Shown here piece after piece: positions 37,953-47,298 of a DNA stretch of 64,000 nucleotides. The stretch lies in the IMG/VR virus record IMGVR_UViG_3300047667_001391; one strand, written 5' to 3'. Origin of the DNA: a virus. Taxonomy: Duplodnaviria > Heunggongvirae > Uroviricota > Caudoviricetes. The translations under genes and the position numbers were made by a program. The notes beneath the pieces were generated by a model. The model was not told the origin of the DNA. It ran no database searches and saw only the letters and a list, made by a program, of their open reading frames with translations. Positions within the stretch are counted from its first letter, which is position 1, and each line of letters starts with the position of its first letter.

Positions 37953-38887
37953 TGGCAATATATCTAGATTTTTCGGGTAGTATGTTTGCTGCATTGCATG
38001 TGGACTTAAAGGCTGGAGAGAAACCTGACCCTGATTATTTACGGTATCTAATATTAAATAATATTAGATTCTATAATAAAATGTTTAGTAGTGAGTTTGG
38101 GTTGATGCATATATGCCTAGATTCTAGTTCATGGCGCGATGGTGTATTCCCGCAGTATAAATATGAAAGACGGGCGAACAGAGCAGAAGATAATAATGAT
38201 TGGGAACAAATATTTGACCACATCTATACAATACAATCTGAAATTAAAGAACATTTACCATTTCCGGTAATACAGGCTGACGGCGCAGAAGCAGATGATA
38301 TAATTGGTGTCCTATGTAGTTCCAACACAGAGCCTAGCATTTTAGTTTCTAATGATAAAGATTTCGCTGCTTTACTCAAACACAAGCACGTTAAGCGTTA
38401 TAGGCCCATAGTTAAAGGTGTAGAAAAAACCCCGATAACTGACCCAGAAAGGTTCGAGTTTGACTTGATACTCAGTGGTGATAAATCTGATGGAATTCCA
38501 TCTGTACGCTGCCATGACGATTTTTATGTAGAACAACACAGGGCTAAGTTAGCCAATGAAGCAATAGTGCGAGCGCCACCTGTCAGTGCAAAATTAAAAA
38601 ACTCTTGCTATGAAGCTTTTAATAAAAGCGAAGAAGAACTGGAAATAGTAATGGGTAAGTTTTTATATAAAAATTATTTAAGGAACCAATTATTAATATC
38701 ATTGGATTATGTCCCAGATGATGTTAAGGTTGCTATCCATAAATCAGTGCGGGACGCGTCACCAGCAAAAATAATGAAGACTTTAAATTTTCTTATGCAA
38801 AATCGTATGCAACGCCTTGTTGCTGAAATTAAAGACTTTACTCCAAACCAAACCCCACGGAAAGTAACATCCGTGTTTGATATATAA
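37952..38887 (+). CDS. rnh: RNase H / 5'-3' flap endonuclease (T4 rnh-like, FEN family)
   Basis: IYLDFSGSMFAAL, ADDIIGVL, SNDKDFAAL and LSGDKSDGIPSV parallel T4 RNase H motifs. Confidence 0.85.
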   Translation: MAIYLDFSGSMFAALHVDLKAGEKPDPDYLRYLILNNIRFYNKMFSSEFGLMHICLDSSSWRDGVFPQYKYERRANRAEDNNDWEQIFDHIYTIQSEIKEHLPFPVIQADGAEADDIIGVLCSSNTEPSILVSNDKDFAALLKHKHVKRYRPIVKGVEKTPITDPERFEFDLILSGDKSDGIPSVRCHDDFYVEQHRAKLANEAIVRAPPVSAKLKNSCYEAFNKSEEELEIVMGKFLYKNYLRNQLLISLDYVPDDVKVAIHKSVRDASPAKIMKTLNFLMQNRMQRLVAEIKDFTPNQTPRKVTSVFDI

Positions 38888-38896
38888 GGATTTGTT

Positions 38897-39601
38897 ATGA
38901 AAATCTCAGATGAGACTATAGTAATTTTAAAAAACCTTGCGACTTTTAATAATCATCTCGTCGTTAAGGCGGGTAATGTTATCAGTACAGTGAATGAAAA
39001 GAAAAGCACATTAATTAAAATTGTTGTGCCAGAAGAATTTCCAATAGAATTTGCACTGCATGATTTATCTGGATTACTGAAGACGATTACATTGTTTGAA
39101 GATCCCGATTTTGTTTTTGGTGATAATTCAATAGTAATTAGTGATTCCAGTGGGACAACCCAAGAATATTATTACTCGGACAAAGATAAACTCATCTGGG
39201 ATGAGCGAGATATTACTTTCCCTGAGTGTGATATCTCGGTAACAATTACATGTGATGTTTTAAAGAAAGTCATTAAAGCTGCTGGTATAAATGGGTTTGA
39301 AGATATTGCTATTGTCGGCGAAGACGGTAAAGTATTCTTGCGTACATTAGATAAAGAAAAAGCGACGGGCGATAACTTAACTAAAAGTAAGCGCACGTTT
39401 AGTGTATTGATTGGTGAAGAGGATAAAGGTGAATTTACTGTATTCCTCAAGCACATGAAGAAGGGTGGCAATAAGCTATCGTTTCTGCCGTTAGATTATG
39501 AACTTTCTATTTCTAATAAAAAAATAGTAAGGTTTGTATCTAACGTAGAACAATATTCAATAAGCTACATTATGGGAATAGAAGCAGATTCTGTGATTTA
39601 A
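38897..39601 (+). CDS. sliding clamp (T4 gp45-like)
   Basis: MKISDETIVILKNLATFNNHLVVKAGN compares with T4 gp45 MKLSKDTTALLKNFATINSGIMLKSGQ. The length (234 aa) fits. Confidence 0.85.
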   Translation: MKISDETIVILKNLATFNNHLVVKAGNVISTVNEKKSTLIKIVVPEEFPIEFALHDLSGLLKTITLFEDPDFVFGDNSIVISDSSGTTQEYYYSDKDKLIWDERDITFPECDISVTITCDVLKKVIKAAGINGFEDIAIVGEDGKVFLRTLDKEKATGDNLTKSKRTFSVLIGEEDKGEFTVFLKHMKKGGNKLSFLPLDYELSISNKKIVRFVSNVEQYSISYIMGIEADSVI

Positions 39602-39683
39602 TGGCATTGCAATATAGTTACTAAATTATAATACGGGTAATTATATTGCATTACATATACCTGAAACATCAAATGGTGAAAAA

Positions 39684-39953
39684 ATGATTAAAAAAATGTT
39701 ATTAGCTAGCTCAATTACAACAATTCTTCTGGGTTGCGGTGAGGCCGAACAAAAAGATATTGATGCCCATTTAAACCGCTCATTAATTAAATTTACTGAG
39801 TCATCTGGAGTCGAATGTATTTTTATTCCAACGGGTGGAATTTCTTGTAATTGGGATAAGTACAATAAATTAATTGAAAAATGCCAACAGGAATATCTAA
39901 ATTTTCCAGATATTGAAGGGCGGTGTGAGGAAGTGGTCAAAAATAATGACTAA
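39684..39953 (+). CDS. hypothetical lipoprotein
   Basis: Signal peptide with an LLGC lipobox. Confidence 0.5.
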   Translation: MIKKMLLASSITTILLGCGEAEQKDIDAHLNRSLIKFTESSGVECIFIPTGGISCNWDKYNKLIEKCQQEYLNFPDIEGRCEEVVKNND

Positions 39954-40302
39954 TAACAACAAAGAATTAATAAGGCCACATGTAAATGTTGGTACAATTG
40001 GCCACATCGACCATGGCTTTTCTAGGATTATGACTACCTTAGCGCACCATTCTAAAGCGGTTGCAGTCGTAACAACTGGCGACTATATTGATCCCACACT
40101 TTGGACCCCAGAAGACCAAGCCAGACTTTTAGTTGCTATAAAAGAAGTTCATAAACTATGCGACCCAATTGATAATGTGAAAATTGACCGTGACGGTATT
40201 GTTTCATTGGACTTAACTAAGAAGTCAGTTAGGGAGAAAGTCGCGCTACAGGCTAAAAGATTTGCTGTAATAAAAACCAATAAACCAAAGCGGAGAAAAT
40301 AA
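39946..40302 (+). CDS. EF-Tu N-terminal G-domain mimic (P-loop lost), function unknown
   Basis: RPHVNVGTIGHIDHG is near-identical to EF-Tu residues 9-23 (KPHVNVGTIGHVDHG), but GKTT is replaced by GFSR. Similarity continues downstream (IDPTLWTPEDQAR versus IDNAPEEKAR). Start moved to the ATG at 39946, which overlaps the upstream stop (ATGACTAA). Confidence 0.6.
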   Translation: MTNNNKELIRPHVNVGTIGHIDHGFSRIMTTLAHHSKAVAVVTTGDYIDPTLWTPEDQARLLVAIKEVHKLCDPIDNVKIDRDGIVSLDLTKKSVREKVALQAKRFAVIKTNKPKRRK

Positions 40303-40304
40303 TA

Positions 40305-40655
40305 ATGGATAAAAATATAGTACATGTAAAGAGTAACGTCATATACAAAATAAAGGGAGTATTAAAGGCTAAAATTAATGGGGCGTGGGTCACATTGAAT
40401 TTCGAAAATGATGCACTAGAGCAATTCGCAAAAAAAGAAAATGACTTTGATGGATTTCTTGATGTGGAGCCTGACTTTAGTGCAAATTTGGGTGCTCATA
40501 TTAAGGAACAAGGCTGTTTACAGATAGATACTTCTGCTAGATTAAGCCTTGCAGCTAAAACTCTATTAGATGAAGCAATTTCATTAGTAAAAGCAGGATT
40601 GTTGGTTGAAATTTCAGGTATACATAAAATTAGAACATTTTCGCTAGGGAAATAA
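40305..40655 (+). CDS. hypothetical protein
   Basis: 116-aa ORF. Confidence 0.5.
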   Translation: MDKNIVHVKSNVIYKIKGVLKAKINGAWVTLNFENDALEQFAKKENDFDGFLDVEPDFSANLGAHIKEQGCLQIDTSARLSLAAKTLLDEAISLVKAGLLVEISGIHKIRTFSLGK

Positions 40656-40657
40656 TA

Positions 40658-41230
40658 ATGAATTTAATAGGACTATGTGGAAGAGCTGGGAGCGGTAAAG
40701 ATTTTTTGGCTGATAAATTAGTCAGAGATTATGGGTATACTAAGATAGCATTTGGCACGGAGCTAAAGGTTATTGCAAATTCAATTTACCCGTGGGTGGA
40801 TTTGGATTATTTGCATGGCGAGAAAGAGGTGCCCATAAACCATTCAGAGAATCACCTAAAAAAGACACCAAGGGATATATGGTTACATTTAAATAAACTT
40901 AGGGAGATGGATAATAATGTATTTACGAGGGGCACAAAACTAAAGATAGAAGCACTTATTGCGGCTGAAAAAAATATTGTAGTTACTGATATAAGAAAAC
41001 AAAACGAACTTGATTTGTTGCGTAACTTAAAGTTTATTACCATTAAAATAAAAAGTCACATACATGATATACATAAAATTGAATCTGAAAATAGACTAGA
41101 TTTATTTAAATGTGATTATGGTTTCTTTAATCAAAAACACGGTGGGTTAGAAAAATGGGTCAATGCATTTAAATCTATATGTTTAAATGAGGCAATCAAA
41201 AACTTTAATTCGATAACTCATGGCACTTGA
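40658..41230 (+). CDS. deoxynucleoside monophosphate kinase (T4 gp1-like)
   Basis: LIGLCGRAGSGKDFLADKL compares with T4 dNMP kinase LIFLSGVKRSGKDTTADFI. Confidence 0.7.
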   Translation: MNLIGLCGRAGSGKDFLADKLVRDYGYTKIAFGTELKVIANSIYPWVDLDYLHGEKEVPINHSENHLKKTPRDIWLHLNKLREMDNNVFTRGTKLKIEALIAAEKNIVVTDIRKQNELDLLRNLKFITIKIKSHIHDIHKIESENRLDLFKCDYGFFNQKHGGLEKWVNAFKSICLNEAIKNFNSITHGT

Positions 41231-42761
41231 TTGCAAGGTATACTTTATCAAAAAAGATGAGGTGTATGGTCAAATACAAACTGAAGATTTTGATTTTCTC
41301 TGTCAATTAAGAAACCACTTTTCTTTCTTTGTTGATGGGTATAAATTTCAGCCAAGTTACAAGAATGGATTCTGGGATGGAAAGAAAAGACTACTTTCGG
41401 AAAGTGGTAAAATGCATCTTGGACTTTGGCCTGAAGTAGTTAAGTTCTGTAAGTCGTATGATCAACCGTATAAAATTGACCCAAAAATCAAAAAGTTTAA
41501 TTTAGATGATACTAAATTTCAAGTATTTGTGGATAAATTAGATACACGGGATGATGGAGAAAAAATCCCACCCTACGAATATCAGGTAACGGCAGCAAGA
41601 AAATCACTAGAGTGGCAGAGGTGTATATTACTATCACCAACCAGCTCAGGTAAAAGTTTAATCCAATATATTTTAATTCGAATGTACGAACGGGTTGTAC
41701 CGAAGCAGAAAATACTAATGGTGGTGCCTACCATAGCATTAGTGTCTCAGATGGCCGACGACTTTAATAATTATAGCTCCGATATAGAATGGAGTGCATA
41801 CGACGAAATTCATCAAATTACAGCTGGTGTGGACAAGGTAACTGGTAAGAAGATAACCATATCAACATATCAGTCATTGGCGAAGCAACCACCTGAATTT
41901 TTTCATGATTTTGGGGCAATCTTGGTAGACGAGGTACACACTGCAACTAGTGTTAGTGTGATGAAAATATTAGAAAATTCAATTAATGCATCTTGGCGGG
42001 TAGGGTTGACTGGTACTCTCGATGAATGTAAAACCAACTTAATGATATTAAAGGGCTTATTTGGTCCTGTGTTTAACGTAATTTCAACAAAAGAACTGAT
42101 GGACATGAATCGGGTTGCACAGCTTTCAGTAAAAGTTAAGATAATTAAACATTCAGAAGAAGATTGCAAAAATATGCGTTCTGCGCCTAGGGGAGAAGTG
42201 GACGAAAAAACAAATAAACCCAAAAGGCGCAAGGCTACATATCAGGAGGAAATTAATGAAATAATAGATAACGAAAAAAGAAATGATTATATAGTAAATT
42301 ACGCAACAAAGCTTGATGGCAATTCAATTATTATGGTTAATCGGATTGAGCATGCAAATTTATTATTTAAGAAAATTACTGAGCTGCATCCAGATAGGGA
42401 TGTATTTTTATATTATGGCGATACCAAAAAGGAAGAAAGGGATCGCATCAGAAAAATAATGGAGAGTAAAGAAAATGCGATTATTATTGGGAGTATTGGC
42501 GTCCTTAGTACTGGGATTAGTGTCAAGCGTCTTCATCATCTTTTATTGTGTCATCCGTCCAAGTCTAGAATCAAGGTTCTGCAGAGCATTGGTCGAATAC
42601 TTCGTAAATCTAAATACGGAAACAGTGTTTTTGTTCATGATTTTGTTGATGATTATACTATCGGGGCTTTTGTAAATTATGTTTATCAGCATGGCCAGAA
42701 AAGAGTAGAGTTTTATACTCAGCAACAATTTGATTTTAATGTCGAAAGTATAAAAATATAA
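41220..42761 (+). CDS. uvsW: UvsW-family SF2 helicase
   Basis: The N-terminal DFLCQLRNHFSFFVDGYKFQP...WDGKKRLL matches T4 UvsW. Walker A TSSGKS, DEVH, TYQEEI and HHLLLCHP.SKS..LQSIGRILRK are all present. Confidence 0.9.
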   Translation: MALDCKVYFIKKDEVYGQIQTEDFDFLCQLRNHFSFFVDGYKFQPSYKNGFWDGKKRLLSESGKMHLGLWPEVVKFCKSYDQPYKIDPKIKKFNLDDTKFQVFVDKLDTRDDGEKIPPYEYQVTAARKSLEWQRCILLSPTSSGKSLIQYILIRMYERVVPKQKILMVVPTIALVSQMADDFNNYSSDIEWSAYDEIHQITAGVDKVTGKKITISTYQSLAKQPPEFFHDFGAILVDEVHTATSVSVMKILENSINASWRVGLTGTLDECKTNLMILKGLFGPVFNVISTKELMDMNRVAQLSVKVKIIKHSEEDCKNMRSAPRGEVDEKTNKPKRRKATYQEEINEIIDNEKRNDYIVNYATKLDGNSIIMVNRIEHANLLFKKITELHPDRDVFLYYGDTKKEERDRIRKIMESKENAIIIGSIGVLSTGISVKRLHHLLLCHPSKSRIKVLQSIGRILRKSKYGNSVFVHDFVDDYTIGAFVNYVYQHGQKRVEFYTQQQFDFNVESIKI

Positions 42762-42823
42762 TTTGATTTAATCGTAGAGGTGAGTTATTCTCGCCTCCAC
42801 AATCAATAAAGAGTCAAAATATT

Positions 42824-43111
42824 ATGCCACAAGTTAACAATTATAATTATGGTGTATGTGATACTAATGAAGTATTTATACAAACAGAGCCGCGTCAATT
42901 GGATTCCAATAAAGGTAAAGTCTATCTCCGGAAATGTGATTTAGTTGCACTAATTCAGCTACTAGAAGACGATGAGGCGGGGGACACTATGGGTAATCTA
43001 TCAGTATCAATATTACAAAAAGAGCGCATAGCAGAATTAGAACGTAAAGTTGCCCGATTACAAAGAGCAAAGGCAGCGTTTAATGCTCACAAAAATAGCG
43101 GAGGGTGGTAG
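42824..43111 (+). CDS. hypothetical protein
   Basis: 95-aa ORF. Confidence 0.5.
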   Translation: MPQVNNYNYGVCDTNEVFIQTEPRQLDSNKGKVYLRKCDLVALIQLLEDDEAGDTMGNLSVSILQKERIAELERKVARLQRAKAAFNAHKNSGGW

Positions 43112-43608
43112 TTATGTTAAGTTTTTTTAAGAAAATTAGTGGATTGGATTCAATAAAAGGTCATGTATTTTTGGTGGGGGATATATACCAAAAAAAGAAT
43201 TATGATGAATGGCAATTAAATAATGGCCCAAAAGTGACCATAGTGGATATTAGTAGTAGGCGTGATAGGCTGAAATACAAAGAGCATTTTTCTTCGGTTG
43301 TTAGGGAGTGCAGTTATGTACGGTTTTTATCTAAGTATAATTTAGTACCAACACAAATAACACAAATAACCCCTGACCCATATTCAGTACACCCAATTAT
43401 AGTATGCAAGGAAAATGATGAGACGAACCAAAATAGCACGACGGTTGAGGTTGGCGAGGCGGTTAAGGTGGATGAGAAAGTAAAGCCAGTCGGTCCCCCA
43501 AATGAAAGATTTAGTCTTTGGTTTACAGGCAGCGAAAATTTTCCATTATTAATTAGTTGGGGTATAGTTACAATTTTATTAATTTGCATTTTAAGTGTGG
43601 TTGTATGA
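43105..43608 (+). CDS. hypothetical protein with a C-terminal TM anchor
   Basis: 167-aa ORF. Confidence 0.5.
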   Translation: MVVMLSFFKKISGLDSIKGHVFLVGDIYQKKNYDEWQLNNGPKVTIVDISSRRDRLKYKEHFSSVVRECSYVRFLSKYNLVPTQITQITPDPYSVHPIIVCKENDETNQNSTTVEVGEAVKVDEKVKPVGPPNERFSLWFTGSENFPLLISWGIVTILLICILSVVV

Positions 43609-43889
43609 ATGAATCTATTTTACTTGTAATGAAGTGGATTAAAGACCGAAAATCCGTAAGTCGTGAAGAATTAAAAGCTAATATGGATAGGGTTAATCTA
43701 AATTATAGTAATGTTGACATCGAACATAACGATATTATTAGATCTGAATATAAAGCTGCTTATTATTCATTGTTGTGTGCCTGTTATGCTCACGAAACAA
43801 CACATTTTAATAGCGCGACTAGATGGGTTAATGTGTACTTTAGTTTGAGTAATGAAGATTGCAATGATTACTTAGCGGAGCTAAATTAA
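43605..43889 (+). CDS. hypothetical protein
   Basis: ATG overlapping the upstream stop (ATGA). Confidence 0.45.
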   Translation: MNESILLVMKWIKDRKSVSREELKANMDRVNLNYSNVDIEHNDIIRSEYKAAYYSLLCACYAHETTHFNSATRWVNVYFSLSNEDCNDYLAELN

Positions 43890-44321
43890 ATGTATAATTT
43901 TGAAGACTTGATTTCTGAGATTACTGCGGATAGTAAAATCGATCAAACTAACATAGAAAGTGAAATTGTTAGATGTACTAGCCTTATTGCAAAGTATTTA
44001 CGAATACATCGAAAATACAAAGAGGGGCTGATACAAATGTGGGCCAAGAGAGATGCTACCACATTAGAAAAACAAGAGTATTATGCCGGACGGGCATTAG
44101 ATTATGTCTACAAAGAAAAACCTTTTAATTTAGAAGTCAAAAACGCTGTTGAAATGAAACGCTGGATTGACGGTGATTTAGATTTACTTAATATGAATAA
44201 AGTGATATTATCTGTCGAAGATCAAATGGAAAAGGTTGAGATGATGCTAGAACAACTCAAGTATCGCCCCAATCATATCCAAACAATACTACAAATTAGA
44301 ATGTTTGAATCGGGTGCCTAA
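43890..44321 (+). CDS. uvsY: UvsY-like recombination mediator
   Basis: Co-linear with T4 UvsY: ...YYAGR... ends in RMFESGA, compared with T4 ...YYSGR... ending in RAFEAGK. Confidence 0.65.
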   Translation: MYNFEDLISEITADSKIDQTNIESEIVRCTSLIAKYLRIHRKYKEGLIQMWAKRDATTLEKQEYYAGRALDYVYKEKPFNLEVKNAVEMKRWIDGDLDLLNMNKVILSVEDQMEKVEMMLEQLKYRPNHIQTILQIRMFESGA

Positions 44322-44354
44322 CTGGTATTTGTTGCTCAATAATTAAGGGGTTTT

Positions 44355-44645
44355 ATGTGCGGTTCTTTTGAGACAGATGATGAAAGAAATATTATGGCGA
44401 GCAGGGATGTATTGTACGCCCATATGCTTAATGAAGTAACTACGGTAAATAAAATAGGCCGTGATTACACACAGATGCAGAAATGGCAAGAAGAGATGGA
44501 TAAAGACAATGAAAACTACATGCATCTTTGGTTCGGCACCCCCGAAGATATAGAAAAGTACCATCAGTGGCACCATGTACCTCATGAAATAATCCCTTAT
44601 TGGCAGGTTTGTGTTAATAAAATAAATGATAGCTTATCTGAGTAA
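44355..44645 (+). CDS. hypothetical protein
   Basis: 96-aa ORF. Confidence 0.45.
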   Translation: MCGSFETDDERNIMASRDVLYAHMLNEVTTVNKIGRDYTQMQKWQEEMDKDNENYMHLWFGTPEDIEKYHQWHHVPHEIIPYWQVCVNKINDSLSE

Positions 44646-44710
44646 AACTACTTGACTTTTTTTTGGAAATTGAGTACACTCATCACTTACTTAATTAATT
44701 AGGAAATCAA

Positions 44711-45355
44711 ATGAATATATGTGATATATACATTACACAAGAATATCGTATGCGCCGTGACACAAGATGGATGAAATCTGGCTACAAATCACGAGCAACC
44801 ATTGTTGATATAAACCTAGAGTTGGGTGAGGTTAAGTATAAAAAAGATAGCACTGGTCAATTTTATACTCAAGGAGCATCTAAATTTTTATCTAGTTATG
44901 TACCTATAATAATTTTAGATGGTACACGACAAGATAAACCCTTGGGTGATAGTCAGCGACCGCAACCCTTAAAGGAGGAAAAGGGACTTCAGCCTGCAAA
45001 GAATCCACCTAGAATGCCACAAGTAAAACCACCTATTTCAGAATATTTAAACGGGCAGAACATGTCAGAACAAGAAAAAATGATATTAAAGAAAGCAAAA
45101 GCGGGAGCTGGCTTAGCTAGAGCAAAGATGCTCATTGTTGATGCACGTAGGTCTGGTACTGATAAAATATTTCAATCACGAGTAGCCACTACAATACCAA
45201 CACCACCACGACCACCTATTTCGGAAATATATGCACCAGATGACGCGAAAATTGAAGATACCGCATTTAATAAAATATTTTTTACTCCTATCTTTAATTG
45301 CATTCATTTAATTGCTGCATTTGTAGTTGTCACGTGCTTATTTGTTGCTCAATAA
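44711..45355 (+). CDS. proline-rich C-terminally membrane-anchored protein, tandem paralog 1
   Basis: The N-terminal ~50 aa and the upstream leader (aattaattaggaaatNaaATG) are duplicated in the next gene. Confidence 0.5.
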   Translation: MNICDIYITQEYRMRRDTRWMKSGYKSRATIVDINLELGEVKYKKDSTGQFYTQGASKFLSSYVPIIILDGTRQDKPLGDSQRPQPLKEEKGLQPAKNPPRMPQVKPPISEYLNGQNMSEQEKMILKKAKAGAGLARAKMLIVDARRSGTDKIFQSRVATTIPTPPRPPISEIYAPDDAKIEDTAFNKIFFTPIFNCIHLIAAFVVVTCLFVAQ

Positions 45356-45371
45356 TTAATTAGGAAATAAA

Positions 45372-45716
45372 ATGAATATATTTGAAAAATATTATAAACG
45401 AGGCGATACCCCGTGGTTACGGAGTGGCTACAAGACAGAGGTGACTATTATTGATATTAACCAACATTTGGGTGAGGTTAAAATTAATGAAAGTCACACG
45501 GGTGATATTCGTACAGTTCTTATTACGATATTTTTAACGCAATACGCAATAATAGTAACACCACCACCACCACCTACTACAGAAATAATGAACCCAATCC
45601 CGCCGCCAAAAATTATAAAATGTGATGATTTAAGTACTCCACCCGCGTTAGTATTAACTGCATTGATAGTTATTGTGGTGTTGACTACATTACTAGTTTG
45701 GGGCATGAAAGGATGA
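45372..45716 (+). CDS. proline-rich membrane-anchored protein, tandem paralog 2
   Basis: See paralog 1. Carries a PPPPPTT tract. Confidence 0.5.
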   Translation: MNIFEKYYKRGDTPWLRSGYKTEVTIIDINQHLGEVKINESHTGDIRTVLITIFLTQYAIIVTPPPPPTTEIMNPIPPPKIIKCDDLSTPPALVLTALIVIVVLTTLLVWGMKG

Positions 45717-46003
45717 GTGCCCATATTCAACTCATTAAAAAATTTCTAAATGATTATAGTTCAGTTAGCCCAGAAGAATTAAAAGAGAATTTGTTATCTG
45801 CTGATATAATCACAAAAAACAAATACAAAAGTGCCGATGGGTTTACCTACAAGCTAATTCTTGATGGTAGGACTGCTAGGGCTGTCAGGAATGCAGCATC
45901 AGCAGCATGTGACTTATGTGGTGCCGTTGATAAGGATTTTAGAATGTCTGCCATTTCGTCTGTTCATTTTTGGATTAATAAATATGAGGAATTATCAAAA
46001 TGA
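45698..46003 (+). CDS. hypothetical protein
   Basis: 101-aa ORF. Confidence 0.45.
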   Translation: MGHERMSAHIQLIKKFLNDYSSVSPEELKENLLSADIITKNKYKSADGFTYKLILDGRTARAVRNAASAACDLCGAVDKDFRMSAISSVHFWINKYEELSK

Positions 46004-47298
46004 AAATATATTTAGTTGGTGGTGCAGTACGGGACTTGTTTCTTGGCCTAGTACCAAAAGATTATGACTTTGTTGTGGTAGGTAGTAGCCCAAAAGAAAT
46101 GCTCGAAATGGGTTACATACAGGTTGGTAAAGACTTTCCTGTATTCCTTCACCCAGTTTCCAAAATGGAATATGCGCTGGCCAGAACAGAACGAAAAGTT
46201 GGGCTTGGTCATACTGGGTTTACCTGCGATTGGGAGAATGTAACATTAGAACAAGACCTATTGAGACGAGATCTAACGATTAACTCAATGGCTGTGCAAG
46301 TCGAAGTAGACAAAAACGGGTTGATGGTTCGTCATATTGGAATATTATGTGACCCATTTCATGGCCAAGAACATATAGAATCTAAGATGCTGGTCGCAAC
46401 ATCTAATGCATTTATGGAAGACCCACTAAGAGTTTTACGGGTTGCTAGGTTCCGAGCAAGACTTGGACCCGAATGGCAAGTAGAAACACATACACAAGAA
46501 ATGATGAAAAATATTAGTGACCGTGGTGAATTGCAGAGTATATCACCGGAGAGAGTATGGAAAGAACTGGAGTCTGCTTTAAGTGAACCACATCCAAATT
46601 TATTCTTCGAAACTTTATTTGGGTATGATATATTCCATATGAGTAAATGGATGGAGGAAACTCCTCAGCGAGCAGACCACCACCCAGAAGGTGATGTATT
46701 CATACATACCATGCTAACCCTAAAATTGGCCGCACAACGTTGTGTGAGTCCACAAGAAATGTTTGCTTGTTATGCCCATGACTTTGGTAAGCCTAGCTGT
46801 CACGACGAGTTTGGGAGTGCTCATGGACATGAAAAGGTTGGATTAAGTTTTATCGATGAATTTTGTGATTTATATAAAGTGCCTAATAAATTTAGAAAAT
46901 TAGCTTTACATGTATGTGAATATCATACTATAATTCACGGTTGTCTTGGTCGTGGACCGAATAAAGGAATCACAGCCAAGACTATAATGAAAATGTTTGA
47001 AGCAACAGGGGCATTGAAGAGTCCTGACTACTTTTTTCAAATATTGCGCTGCAGTCAGATGGATGCAGGGGGTAGGGGGTACGGAGAAGAACAAATATTA
47101 GAATATGCAAATAAACCATACCCCCAAGTAAGTTACTTACTTGGGTGCTTGCGGTGGGCTATAAATTGTGACACAAAGCCTCTGGTAAAAAAATTACAAG
47201 ATAATGGCGTTGATGGTAGAGTCATTGGAATTGAGATTAGAGCAGCCAGAATGAATGAGATAAAAAGATTTAAATGGGAATGGGAACATAATGAGTGA
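46000..47298 (+). CDS. cca: CCA-adding tRNA nucleotidyltransferase with HD domain (class II, bacterial type)
   Basis: Near-colinear with E. coli Cca. MKIYLVGGAVRD..LG...KD.D.VVVGS.P.EML..GY.QVG.DFPVFLHP and YALARTERK are present. An HD-domain histidine/aspartate set (HDFGK) follows. Confidence 0.9.
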   Translation: MKIYLVGGAVRDLFLGLVPKDYDFVVVGSSPKEMLEMGYIQVGKDFPVFLHPVSKMEYALARTERKVGLGHTGFTCDWENVTLEQDLLRRDLTINSMAVQVEVDKNGLMVRHIGILCDPFHGQEHIESKMLVATSNAFMEDPLRVLRVARFRARLGPEWQVETHTQEMMKNISDRGELQSISPERVWKELESALSEPHPNLFFETLFGYDIFHMSKWMEETPQRADHHPEGDVFIHTMLTLKLAAQRCVSPQEMFACYAHDFGKPSCHDEFGSAHGHEKVGLSFIDEFCDLYKVPNKFRKLALHVCEYHTIIHGCLGRGPNKGITAKTIMKMFEATGALKSPDYFFQILRCSQMDAGGRGYGEEQILEYANKPYPQVSYLLGCLRWAINCDTKPLVKKLQDNGVDGRVIGIEIRAARMNEIKRFKWEWEHNE

